Source of the DNA: a virus | Taxonomy: Duplodnaviria; Caudoviricetes | Direction: 5' to 3' (one strand) | DNA length: 45,041 nucleotides | IMG/VR virus record: IMGVR_UViG_3300042997_002640 | Coordinates: 1 to 45,041 of that record | Shown here: positions 16,658 to 25,298 of the stretch, one piece after another | How positions within the stretch are numbered: position 1 is the stretch's first letter | Layout of the letters: the number at the start of each line of letters is the position of its first letter | The notes under the pieces: model-generated | Database searches by the model: none | What the model saw: only the letters and a program-made list of their open reading frames with translations | Told to the model about the DNA's origin: nothing | Translations under genes and position numbers: made by a program

Positions 16658-18171
16658 CCCGTGGCGAACGCGTTATCGCGTTCATCCACAAATATTGCTT
16701 GGTGCCCGAGGGCAAGCTGGTTGGGAAGCCAATGCGGCTCGACGAGTTCCAGCAGAAGTTCATCCTCGACGTTTATGACAATCCGGCTGGCACCTCCGAA
16801 GGCATTCTTTCGATTGCCCGAAAAAACGGCAAGTCCGGCCTGATTGCCGCAATCCTGCTTGCTCACATTGCGGGCCCGGAGGCCCGGCTTAACAGTCAAA
16901 TCGTCAGCGGTGCCCGGTCGCGAGATCAGGCTGCGCTCGTCTTCAACCTTGCGTCGAAGATGGTTGTGCTCTCCCCCGACCTGTCAAAGCTCGTCCGGAT
17001 CGTTCCATCCGGCAAGCGCCTGATCGGTTTGGCGAAGAATGTCGAATATCGCGCGCTCGCGGCCGACGGCCATACAGCGCATGGTCTTTCCCCGGTCCTT
17101 GCCATCCTCGATGAGCTGGGCCAGGTGCGAGGGCCGCAGGATGATTTCGTCGAGGCGATCGAGACGGCTTCGGGCGCCTATGACGACGCACTCCGCCTGA
17201 TCATCTCGACGCAGGCGCCGACCGATGCTGACATGCTGTCGATCAAGATCGATGACGCGAAGCGTTCGGGCGATCCGAAGATCGTCTGCCATGTCTATGC
17301 AGCGGAGCCTGATTGCGATGTTCTCGACCCGACGGCGCACCGCGCGGCGAACCCAGCACTAGGCACGTTTCGGTCTGAAGTGGAATTGTTGGCAGCGGCC
17401 GAGAAGGCGGCGCGCATGCCATCTGCGGAAAACGGCTTCCGCAACCTTTACTTGAACCAGCGCGTCAACCGGTTCTCGCCCTTCATCTCGCCAATGGTGT
17501 GGGGGGAAGGCGGGGGCCCGGTCGACGAGGAGGCCTTTCTTACCGGCCCGGTATATGGCGGCCTCGACTTGGCAGAGACGACCGACCTTTGCGCCTTTGT
17601 GCTGATCGCCAAGGGCAGAGACGGCCGATGGCATGTTAAGGCATGGTTCTGGAAGCCTCAGGCGACTGTAACCGACCACGCGAAACGCGACCGCGTTCCG
17701 TATGACCTTTGGGTAAAGCAAGGGCTGATCGAGACGACGCCTGGCGTTGCGGTCGATTATGAATTCGTCGCCGCCAAGATCGGCGGCATTTGCGACGGAC
17801 TGGACATCGCAAAGATCGGTTTCGACCGATATCGCTTCAAAACGCTCGAAACCCAAATGAGCAAACTCGGTATCAAGTTGCCATTCGAGCCATTCGGCCA
17901 GGGGCATGTCTCAATGGCCCCGGCGATGGACGTCACGGAAATCGCGTTTCTGAACAAGCAAGTCGTGCATGGCGGTAATCCCATCATGACGATGTGCGCC
18001 GCGAACGCCGTCGTCGAAAAGAATGCCGCCGGCGACCGCAAGTTGAACAAAGCCAAGTCAACCGGCCGCATCGACGGGATGGTCGCTCTTGTGATGGCGA
18101 TGGGCCAGATCGCGCTCGAAGAGCAGAAAAAGCCGTCTGTCTACACCAAGCGCGGAATTATCAGGGTTTGA
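16654..18171 (+). CDS. terL: Terminase large subunit
   Basis: ARKNGKS Walker A, ILDE Walker B, IISTQ, GLDLA, RIDGMVAL. Confidence 0.96.
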   Translation: MTRGERVIAFIHKYCLVPEGKLVGKPMRLDEFQQKFILDVYDNPAGTSEGILSIARKNGKSGLIAAILLAHIAGPEARLNSQIVSGARSRDQAALVFNLASKMVVLSPDLSKLVRIVPSGKRLIGLAKNVEYRALAADGHTAHGLSPVLAILDELGQVRGPQDDFVEAIETASGAYDDALRLIISTQAPTDADMLSIKIDDAKRSGDPKIVCHVYAAEPDCDVLDPTAHRAANPALGTFRSEVELLAAAEKAARMPSAENGFRNLYLNQRVNRFSPFISPMVWGEGGGPVDEEAFLTGPVYGGLDLAETTDLCAFVLIAKGRDGRWHVKAWFWKPQATVTDHAKRDRVPYDLWVKQGLIETTPGVAVDYEFVAAKIGGICDGLDIAKIGFDRYRFKTLETQMSKLGIKLPFEPFGQGHVSMAPAMDVTEIAFLNKQVVHGGNPIMTMCAANAVVEKNAAGDRKLNKAKSTGRIDGMVALVMAMGQIALEEQKKPSVYTKRGIIRV

Positions 18172-18182
18172 AAGGGGGTCGA

Positions 18183-19493
18183 ATGGGATTTCTCGACCGC
18201 CTGTTTGGCCGCGACCCGGTGGCCTCATCAGAGACTTCAGCAGCCGCGACCGTCCAGCGCATCGCCCGCCCTGCTGCATATGAAACGTTGGACATGGACA
18301 GCCCGGCTCTAGCCGAGTTTCTGAAAGGTGGCCGAGAATCCGCCGCAGGTGTCAGCGTTAGTGAAACCATGGCTCTGCGTAACAGCACATTCTTCCGGGC
18401 CGTGCATTTGATCGCCAGCGCCATGGGGATGCTGCCCACCCACCTGATGAGGCGCACGGTCGATGCCAACGGGAAGGAGACTATCGCGAAGGCCAAAGAT
18501 CATGCGCTCTATCGCATCCTGCACAAGCGACCGAATCAGTATCAGACCGCGCTCGAATTCAAATCGTATATGCAACTTCTCGCGCTGCTCGATGGCAATG
18601 CTTATGCGTTGATCATCCGCGGCATTGTGCGGGGCAAGCTCAATCAGGTCATCGCCTTGGTTCCGCTCAAGCGCAACTCGGTGACCCCGAAGCTTTCCGA
18701 TGATTTCAAGCTGACATTTGAGTATCGCCGCCCCTCTGGCGGGGCCGTGGTTCTTCAGCCGCAAGACGTATTTCACTTCCGGCACCCGATCACCAGGGAC
18801 GGCCTGAAGGGCGTAAATCTTATCGATATGGCTGTGAATGCCATTGGCATCGCCGCGCAGGCTGAGAAGGCTGCTGGCAAGGTGCTGAAGGGCGGCGTTA
18901 TGGCGGGTGGCGCCCTTGAAACGGATGCGACGCTCGGACCGGAAGCAATCGACGAACTGAAAAATAGCATGCGGGAGCGCCAAGCCGATGGCGACGCCGC
19001 AGGCGAATGGCTGGTGCTGGAGGAGGGACTGAAGGCAAAGCCCTTCGTGACTTCGGCCAAGGACGCTCAGTTCGATGAGATGCGCAAGCGGCAGGCTGAA
19101 GAGGTCTCGCGATTTACTGGCGTGCCGCGTCCATTGCTGATGTTCGATGAGACGAGCTGGGGGAGCGGGATCGAGCAGCTGGGTCTGTTTTTCGTCACCT
19201 ACTGCCTGATGCCCTGGTTCGTCGCCTGGGAGCAGGCTATCGAACGCTCCTGTCTGACCATCGAAGAACAGGACGCTGACGAGCTTTACGTCAAATTCAA
19301 CGAGGGTGCACTGCTGCGCGGATCTCTGAAGGATCAGGCCGATTTCTTCGCCAAGGCCTTGGGACCGAACAGCGCCTATCGAACCCCGGACGAAGTCCGC
19401 GCGGCGTTCGATCTTAATCCTATCCCCGGGGGCGACCAACTCCCGGCCCCGTCAGCTGCTTCGACCAAGCCCAAGGAACCCGTCGATGAGTGA
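18183..19493 (+). CDS. Portal protein (HK97 family)
   Basis: MGFLDRLFG, RPNQYQT, LLDGNAY, VLEEG, FTGVP, LLRG. Confidence 0.95.
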   Translation: MGFLDRLFGRDPVASSETSAAATVQRIARPAAYETLDMDSPALAEFLKGGRESAAGVSVSETMALRNSTFFRAVHLIASAMGMLPTHLMRRTVDANGKETIAKAKDHALYRILHKRPNQYQTALEFKSYMQLLALLDGNAYALIIRGIVRGKLNQVIALVPLKRNSVTPKLSDDFKLTFEYRRPSGGAVVLQPQDVFHFRHPITRDGLKGVNLIDMAVNAIGIAAQAEKAAGKVLKGGVMAGGALETDATLGPEAIDELKNSMRERQADGDAAGEWLVLEEGLKAKPFVTSAKDAQFDEMRKRQAEEVSRFTGVPRPLLMFDETSWGSGIEQLGLFFVTYCLMPWFVAWEQAIERSCLTIEEQDADELYVKFNEGALLRGSLKDQADFFAKALGPNSAYRTPDEVRAAFDLNPIPGGDQLPAPSAASTKPKEPVDE

Positions 19494-20481
19494 CCATTCT
19501 CGCGCGCCCGGCCGCCCCCCGGCGGTGCGGACGCTGAACGACAGGCCGATGCCGGGCCGTCCGATTTTCGATCAGCGTGCGCATCTGCCTCGCTCGATCG
19601 CGGGCGGCGTCAAGTCTCGCGAGCGCCCTGGCGCGCTACCGATCCCGGCGGAGCGCGGCGTTTCTGCTTTCACTCCGTCACCGGTTCTCGATCGTTGGAA
19701 TGCAGATGCGGCTGGCGTGCGCCCGGCAGCGCTCGAATCGGGCGACAACGTCATCACCATGTTCGACATCATCGGCGAGGATTGGTGGACCGGTGGCGGC
19801 GTGACAGCAAAGAAAGTTGCCTCGCAGCTTCGGGCAATCGGCGATCGCCCTGTCGAGGTCCAGATCAACAGCCCGGGCGGCGATATGTTCGAGGGCCTCG
19901 CCGTCTACAATGTGCTCCGCGAACATCCGCAGCCGATTACCGTCAAGGTGATGGGCATGGCTGCATCGGCGGCGTCCATCATCGCAATGGCTGGCGACAC
20001 CATCCAGATCGGTGCGGCCTCGTTCATCATGATCCACAATTGCTGGGTCGTCGCCATGGGAAATCGGCACGACATGGCCGAAGTTGCAGCGTTTCTCTCG
20101 CCGTTTGATCAGGCGATGGCCGATGTTTACGCCCAGCGGACCGGCCAAAAGGCCGCGGACTGCGCGAAATGGATGGACGACGAAACCTATATGTCCGGGT
20201 CCATCGCTATCGATCGTGGCTTCGCAGACGAGCTGCTCGCCGCCGACCAGACGAAGGTTGATGAGAAGGCAAAGGCTTCCGACGCGTCGATCAACGAAAT
20301 TCGCGCAATGGAACTGGCTCTTGTCGCCGGCGGCGCGACGCGCAGCCAAGCTCGGGCGCGCATCAACAAAATCAAGGGCACGCGCGACGCTGCCCTCGAT
20401 CCTGCCGACACGCCAGGCGCTGACGGCGATTCCGAACTGAAGGCTTCGATCGAGAAGCTCACTCAGTCTTTCCGCAGCTAA
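19486..20481 (+). CDS. ClpP-like prohead maturation protease
   Basis: INSPGGDMFEG, AASAASIIAMAG, MIHN, MDDETY, GFADE. Confidence 0.93.
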   Translation: MSDHSRAPGRPPAVRTLNDRPMPGRPIFDQRAHLPRSIAGGVKSRERPGALPIPAERGVSAFTPSPVLDRWNADAAGVRPAALESGDNVITMFDIIGEDWWTGGGVTAKKVASQLRAIGDRPVEVQINSPGGDMFEGLAVYNVLREHPQPITVKVMGMAASAASIIAMAGDTIQIGAASFIMIHNCWVVAMGNRHDMAEVAAFLSPFDQAMADVYAQRTGQKAADCAKWMDDETYMSGSIAIDRGFADELLAADQTKVDEKAKASDASINEIRAMELALVAGGATRSQARARINKIKGTRDAALDPADTPGADGDSELKASIEKLTQSFRS

Positions 20482-20497
20482 AAGCCACGAGGCATAT

Positions 20498-21865
20498 ATG
20501 AAGATGTTTCTGAAAACCGCCCTGTCGGCGGTGGCGACCCTGTTCGCCCTCCCCCTGCGCGCCGCACCGTCGGACGCGGAAAATTTCACCCTGACGGCGC
20601 CAGCCATCCCTGCCCTGCCGCGGGCGATCATCGCCTCCAGCATCCGCGCGGATGTCACCGGCGACACCAAGGCCATGATCGCCGCGCTCCAAGGGGCATT
20701 CGACGAATTCAAGACGGCGAACGACGAGCGCCTGAAGTCCAAAGTCGATGACACGGTGGTCAACGACAAGCTGGGTAAGATCAACGAGACGATGAGTTCG
20801 CTGGAGGCCGCGATCAACGAGCAGGCCGCTCAGATCGCAGCGGCAAAGCTTGGAGGCGGCGACCGTCCGGCACTGGCTGACCCGGAATATTCGAACCTGT
20901 TCGCCTCGTATATGCGCGAGGGCTCCCGTGATCAGGAGGAGCAGCTGAAGGCTGCCCATCGGACAGGGCCTCGTGCGGCGATGACCGAGGGCACCGCAGC
21001 GGATGGCGGCTACACCACGCCGATCGAATGGGACCGTTCGATCACCGGTCGCCTGAAGCTGATCAATCCGATTCGGTCCGAGGCGACCGTCCAGTCGATC
21101 AGCACCTCGGGTTTCACGAAGCTGTTCACCGATCGCTCGCTCGGCTCCGGATGGGTTGGTGAAACGGCGTCGCGTCCTGCTACCAGCACGCCGCAGTTCA
21201 CCTCGCTCGATTTCGGCCTGGGCGAAATCTATGCGAACGCCGCGGCATCGCAGCGCCTGCTCGACGACAGCGAGATCAACATCGAACAGTGGCTCGTTGG
21301 CGAGATCGAAACCGAGTTCGCGCGTCAGGAGGCTATCGCCTTTCTGTCGGGCGACGGCACCAACAAGCCGTTCGGGCTGCTGAGCTATGTGACCGGTGCG
21401 GCAGCCGCAGCGCGGCATCCTTGGGGCGCCATCGAGGTGTTGAATAGCGGTGCTGCTGCGGCATTTACGTCGGATGGCCTGATCGGCGCGGTCTATGACC
21501 TGCCGGCAGCCTATGAGCCCAACGCCAAGTTCTTCCTCAACCGCTCTTCGCTGGGCGCCGTGCGGAAGCTGAAGGATGGGCAGAACAACTACATCTGGCA
21601 GCCCACCTACGTCGCCGGTCAGCCGTCGACGCTGCTGGGGCGCCCGGTGGTCGATGTTCCCGACATGCCCGATGTGGCAGCTGGCAACATCGCCGCGTTG
21701 TTCGGCGATATGGCCGAAACCTATTTGGTCATCGACCGGATCGGTGTTCGTGTCCTGCGGGATCCGTACACCAACAAGCCGTTCATCTGCTTCTATGTCA
21801 CGAAACGCGTGGGCGGCGGCGTCAAGAACCCCGATGCCATGAAGGCCATCAAGATCTCGGCGTAA
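20498..21865 (+). CDS. Major capsid protein (HK97 fold)
   Basis: DGGYTTP, WVGE, LLDDS, GDGTNKPFG, LKDGQNNYIWQP, KRVGG. Confidence 0.96.
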   Translation: MKMFLKTALSAVATLFALPLRAAPSDAENFTLTAPAIPALPRAIIASSIRADVTGDTKAMIAALQGAFDEFKTANDERLKSKVDDTVVNDKLGKINETMSSLEAAINEQAAQIAAAKLGGGDRPALADPEYSNLFASYMREGSRDQEEQLKAAHRTGPRAAMTEGTAADGGYTTPIEWDRSITGRLKLINPIRSEATVQSISTSGFTKLFTDRSLGSGWVGETASRPATSTPQFTSLDFGLGEIYANAAASQRLLDDSEINIEQWLVGEIETEFARQEAIAFLSGDGTNKPFGLLSYVTGAAAAARHPWGAIEVLNSGAAAAFTSDGLIGAVYDLPAAYEPNAKFFLNRSSLGAVRKLKDGQNNYIWQPTYVAGQPSTLLGRPVVDVPDMPDVAAGNIAALFGDMAETYLVIDRIGVRVLRDPYTNKPFICFYVTKRVGGGVKNPDAMKAIKISA

Positions 21866-21952
21866 CCCATTGTCTCCGGGCCGGTCTTCACCCGACCCGG
21901 TTGATCGAAGCGGCGCAATTTCGCCGTTTCGGTCAACCCCAGGAGGATCATC

Positions 21953-22201
21953 ATGACCACGAAGAAGACCGAGGCGGAAAAAGCCGCCGAGGCGCAGGCG
22001 AACGTATCACCCGCGACCGAGATCGACGCTTCGGGCGCTCCGCAGCAGATCGTTCCCGACGTCGATTTGGAGCATCCGGCCGTCGACAATGACCCGCGCG
22101 CCCGGACGACCGTCGAACAGAATAAGATCGATTTTAACGACCCGACGTTGTCCGGTCGGGAAGCGGTCGAAAAGAACCTCGCCGATCAGGCGAAGAAGTA
22201 A
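21953..22201 (+). CDS. Small head-associated protein (82 aa)
   Basis: AGGAGG RBS; between MCP and connector. Confidence 0.7.
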   Translation: MTTKKTEAEKAAEAQANVSPATEIDASGAPQQIVPDVDLEHPAVDNDPRARTTVEQNKIDFNDPTLSGREAVEKNLADQAKK

Positions 22202-22225
22202 GCCGGAACCGGTAGGGAGCTGCGC

Positions 22226-22750
22226 ATGGCCGAGCCGATCGACCTCGAAGCCGCAAAGGCGCAGCTCCGCATCCTGTCTAACGATGAGGATGGCGTCGTT
22301 AGCAGCGCCATCGTTGATGCCCGCGGGTGGATTGAAGATTATACCGGCCTGATTTTGACGCGTCGGGCAGTGACAGAAGTCATCAGCAGTTTTGACGCCG
22401 CGCTGTCGACCTGGCCCATCGTCTCGATCGATGCTGTCGACTATGTCGACATCGACGGCGCCGAACAAACGTTCCCCGATACCGAATATTTTGCCCAGAT
22501 CGCGAAGCGCCCCGCGCGTCTGTCTGCGGCAGCGTGGCCGCGCCTGCTGACCGGCAGCACGATCGCGGTGACGATGACAGCCGGTTTCGCAACGCCGGAT
22601 GCAATCCAGCTTTTCTCGCCAAACATCATGCGCGCCATGCGCATCCTTGTGGCTGGCTTTTTTAACGATCGGGAAACCGGCGGCCTTGCAGGTGACGTTG
22701 AGGTAGCCGCGAAACGGCTTTGCCGAAGCCTCAAACGGTGGACGCTGTGA
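22226..22750 (+). CDS. Head-tail connector (gp6-like)
   Basis: PIDLEAAKAQLRI...ARGWIEDYTG...FFNDRE. Confidence 0.88.
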   Translation: MAEPIDLEAAKAQLRILSNDEDGVVSSAIVDARGWIEDYTGLILTRRAVTEVISSFDAALSTWPIVSIDAVDYVDIDGAEQTFPDTEYFAQIAKRPARLSAAAWPRLLTGSTIAVTMTAGFATPDAIQLFSPNIMRAMRILVAGFFNDRETGGLAGDVEVAAKRLCRSLKRWTL

Positions 22751-23076
22751 AGTCCAGCCCGCGCAACCGCCTGATCACCATCGAGGCGCGCACGACAGCG
22801 CTTGATGGCTATGGTGGAGAATCAGAGGCCTGGGCAGAATATGCCCGCGAATATGCCGCCGTCTATTTCGGCACCGGCAAAGAGCAGCGCGAAGCCGCGC
22901 AGCAGGGCGGATCGCAAACGGCATCATTCGAGGTGCTGAGCAACAGCAAAACCCGCGCCATCAGCGTGATCAATCATCGCATCGCGTTCGACGGCGGCAT
23001 CTGGAACATCACCGCGAAGCAGGATCTGGGCCTCAATGAGGGCGTCCGGCTTACGGCAATTAGGGCGGCGGGGTGA
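22747..23076 (+). CDS. Head closure / head-tail adaptor
   Basis: RNRLITIE...DGYGGESEAW...HRIAFDGGIWNI. Confidence 0.85.
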   Translation: MKSSPRNRLITIEARTTALDGYGGESEAWAEYAREYAAVYFGTGKEQREAAQQGGSQTASFEVLSNSKTRAISVINHRIAFDGGIWNITAKQDLGLNEGVRLTAIRAAG

Positions 23077-23531
23077 TGGCGGAGACGATCGAGGGGTTGG
23101 CCGCGCTGGATTTTGCCCTTGGCGACCTGCCGAAGTCGACCGCCCGGGCCACACTCGTTCGCGCGGGCAAGAAGGCGCTGGAGCCGTTTATTGACGACGT
23201 TCGCCACCTCGCGCCGGTCGACGCCGATCCGGAGAGCACGCCAAACCGCCCGCCGGGCACGCTGCGCGATAGCTATGTGATCGGCACGAAGCTCAACAAG
23301 AGCCAGGCGAAAACAGCCCGCAAGGAGGGGAAGAACTTCGCGGAGGTCTATGCCGGCACCAATGATCCGGCAGGCATCCAAACGGAATTCGGCAATGCCC
23401 ATCAGGCGCCGCAGCCGCACGCCCGGCCAGCATGGGACGGCGTGCAGAAGGAAGTCCTCGACGGCATTGGCACCCTGCTCTGGGACGAGATCTACAAATC
23501 GGCCCAACGGCTGGCGAGGCGGAATAGGTGA
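23073..23531 (+). CDS. HK97 gp10-like tail component
   Basis: GTLRDS, EFGN, PQPHARPAWD. Confidence 0.85.
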   Translation: MMAETIEGLAALDFALGDLPKSTARATLVRAGKKALEPFIDDVRHLAPVDADPESTPNRPPGTLRDSYVIGTKLNKSQAKTARKEGKNFAEVYAGTNDPAGIQTEFGNAHQAPQPHARPAWDGVQKEVLDGIGTLLWDEIYKSAQRLARRNR

Positions 23532-23929
23532 CCATGCGCATTGATCTGCGTTCCCGGCTGGTGGCGAACGCCGCGATCAGCGCCATCGTGGGCACGCGCA
23601 TCTATTGGAACAAGCGGAAGCAGGGCGACCCTCTGCCCGCCATCGTTCTCTACAAGATCACGCCCGGCAACCAGTATACCTTCGATGGCGACAGCGGCCT
23701 CTATGGCAGTCGCATCCAGTTCGACAGCATCGGTCTGGAGGTCCGCGACTTTGAGCCTCTCTTCGATGCGCTGAAAGCCGAGATGGAGCAGCCCAGGACG
23801 GTAGGCCAAACCGCATTCAGCATGTCCTTCCTCGAAGGCGAGCGGGATATGCCCTTTGTCGACGTGGACGGCGTGGGCGCCGTCGGCGGCATCAGCGCTG
23901 ATTTTTTTGTTTGGTGGAAGTCCCTCTAA
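23528..23929 (+). CDS. Tail terminator (DUF3168-like)
   Basis: AIVGTRIY...LPAIV...RIQFD. Confidence 0.8.
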   Translation: MTMRIDLRSRLVANAAISAIVGTRIYWNKRKQGDPLPAIVLYKITPGNQYTFDGDSGLYGSRIQFDSIGLEVRDFEPLFDALKAEMEQPRTVGQTAFSMSFLEGERDMPFVDVDGVGAVGGISADFFVWWKSL

Positions 23930-23942
23930 AAAGGAGCCTGAG

Positions 23943-24377
23943 ATGGCAGATGTTACCATTGGGCATGGTTCGACCGTGTCCTTCAAGATCGGCGCCGCCG
24001 CCGCCGCTCTTCTGGGTCAGGTCACGGCGATCGGCCTGCCCAATCCGCAAATCGCCGACGTCGAAGCGACGCACTTCCAGAGCCCGGATCGCGCCCGCGA
24101 ATATATCCCCGGTCTGAAGGACAACGGCGAGATCACGATCGGCATCAACTATGACGCTGGCTCCGCAACCGATACCGTAGTCAACGACGCCATGGCCGAG
24201 ACGGCACCGATCGAGGTGACCATCTCCATCCCGACGGTGTCCGGCACGAACCAGGAATTCACCTTCCCTGGCATCGTGAAGGGCTACGAAAAGGCCATCC
24301 CGATCGATGATCGCCAGACTGCGACCATCACCATCCGCGTCGCGGGTGCTGTGACGCAGGCGGCTGCCGGCGCATGA
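23943..24377 (+). CDS. Major tail tube protein
   Basis: AAGGAG RBS; VEATHFQSP...EYIPGLKDNGEI. Confidence 0.88.
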   Translation: MADVTIGHGSTVSFKIGAAAAALLGQVTAIGLPNPQIADVEATHFQSPDRAREYIPGLKDNGEITIGINYDAGSATDTVVNDAMAETAPIEVTISIPTVSGTNQEFTFPGIVKGYEKAIPIDDRQTATITIRVAGAVTQAAAGA

Positions 24378-24820
24378 CGGCCGCCAATCCACTGCGTGGC
24401 GAGAAGGTCGTCTCAGTTGGTGGCGTCGACTACAAGCTGGTGCTGGACGTCAACGCCTTTTGCTACGCCCAGGCTGAACTTGGGAAGAAGTCGCTCGAAA
24501 TCACGGCCGCCATCTCTGGCGACCCCGACGACATGCTATCTATCCGGGGACTGTTCTGGGCCAGTCTCCAAAAGTACCATCCCTGCCATCTGTTTGAAGC
24601 TGGCGAGATTATGGCGGATGCAGGACCGGCGGCGGTGCGCGCAGCGTTGCTCGACTGTCTCGCGGATGCATTTGGCCTAGCCGAAAGTCAGCCCGGAGCG
24701 ACGGAGGATAAGGAGGGGGAAAACCCTCAGAGGACCCTTGGGACTGGCTCCGACTCCACCGGCTCTACTGCGAAGCCGGAGGCAGCAGCCAAGGGTTCTG
24801 GGAAGAAACGCCGCGACTGA
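24374..24820 (+). CDS. Tail assembly chaperone (gpG-like)
   Basis: ANPLRGE start; between tube and tape measure. Confidence 0.85.
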   Translation: MTAANPLRGEKVVSVGGVDYKLVLDVNAFCYAQAELGKKSLEITAAISGDPDDMLSIRGLFWASLQKYHPCHLFEAGEIMADAGPAAVRAALLDCLADAFGLAESQPGATEDKEGENPQRTLGTGSDSTGSTAKPEAAAKGSGKKRRD

Positions 24821-25029
24821 TTCGATCATTCATCGATGCGTATCAGGAGCGCATCAATAAGGCCGACAGGCTGGCGCTGAAGCAAGCATGGCACACTGCG
24901 GGCCTCCCGCTGATGAAGAAGTTCCCCACACTCGCCGAGCTGTGGGGGGACGTTAAACCGCCCGAGCCCCAGACCCCCGAGCAGATGATCTCAGTAATGC
25001 AGGCTTGGGTGAGCGCGACGCGGCATTAA
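24718..25029 (+). CDS. gpT-like extension reached by -1 frameshift (gpGT fusion 24374..25029)
   Basis: GGGGGAAAAC at 24715-24724; -1 frame open for 103 codons with FWEETP motif and no start of its own near the 5' end. Confidence 0.8.
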   Translation, partial: GKPSEDPWDWLRLHRLYCEAGGSSQGFWEETPRLIRSFIDAYQERINKADRLALKQAWHTAGLPLMKKFPTLAELWGDVKPPEPQTPEQMISVMQAWVSATRH

Positions 25030-25262
25030 TTGCCGCGTCCGGCGAGCGCGGCAGCGCTGAACAGCACGGCCGAACTAACGAGAAACGCAGCGGCGCCGAT
25101 GAAAAGCAGCGTTTGCCGGTGCATCTCGCCGAAGTTCACTGTGTCGCCCAGGCCAAATCCAGAGCCGTCAGGTGCGATGTCCGTGTTCGCGCCCAGGATC
25201 GCCAGCGCACCGGCGATCAGCAGGCTGGTTATCCCGGCGACATAAAGAGCGGTCGTTTTCAT
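25026..25262 (-). CDS. Antisense two-TM membrane moron (78 aa)
   Basis: Two hydrophobic helices; exactly fills the gap between gpGT and tape measure. Confidence 0.72.
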   Translation of the reverse strand: MKTTALYVAGITSLLIAGALAILGANTDIAPDGSGFGLGDTVNFGEMHRQTLLFIGAAAFLVSSAVLFSAAALAGRGN

Positions 25263-25298
25263 GGCCACGCAACCTAGTTTTCGAAAGCGGAGAACGCA

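Noticed and set aside
21866-21940. Twin hairpins after the capsid gene as an ncRNA
   Set aside because: Typical mRNA-stabilising or attenuating stems that set capsid stoichiometry. Nothing further supports an ncRNA.
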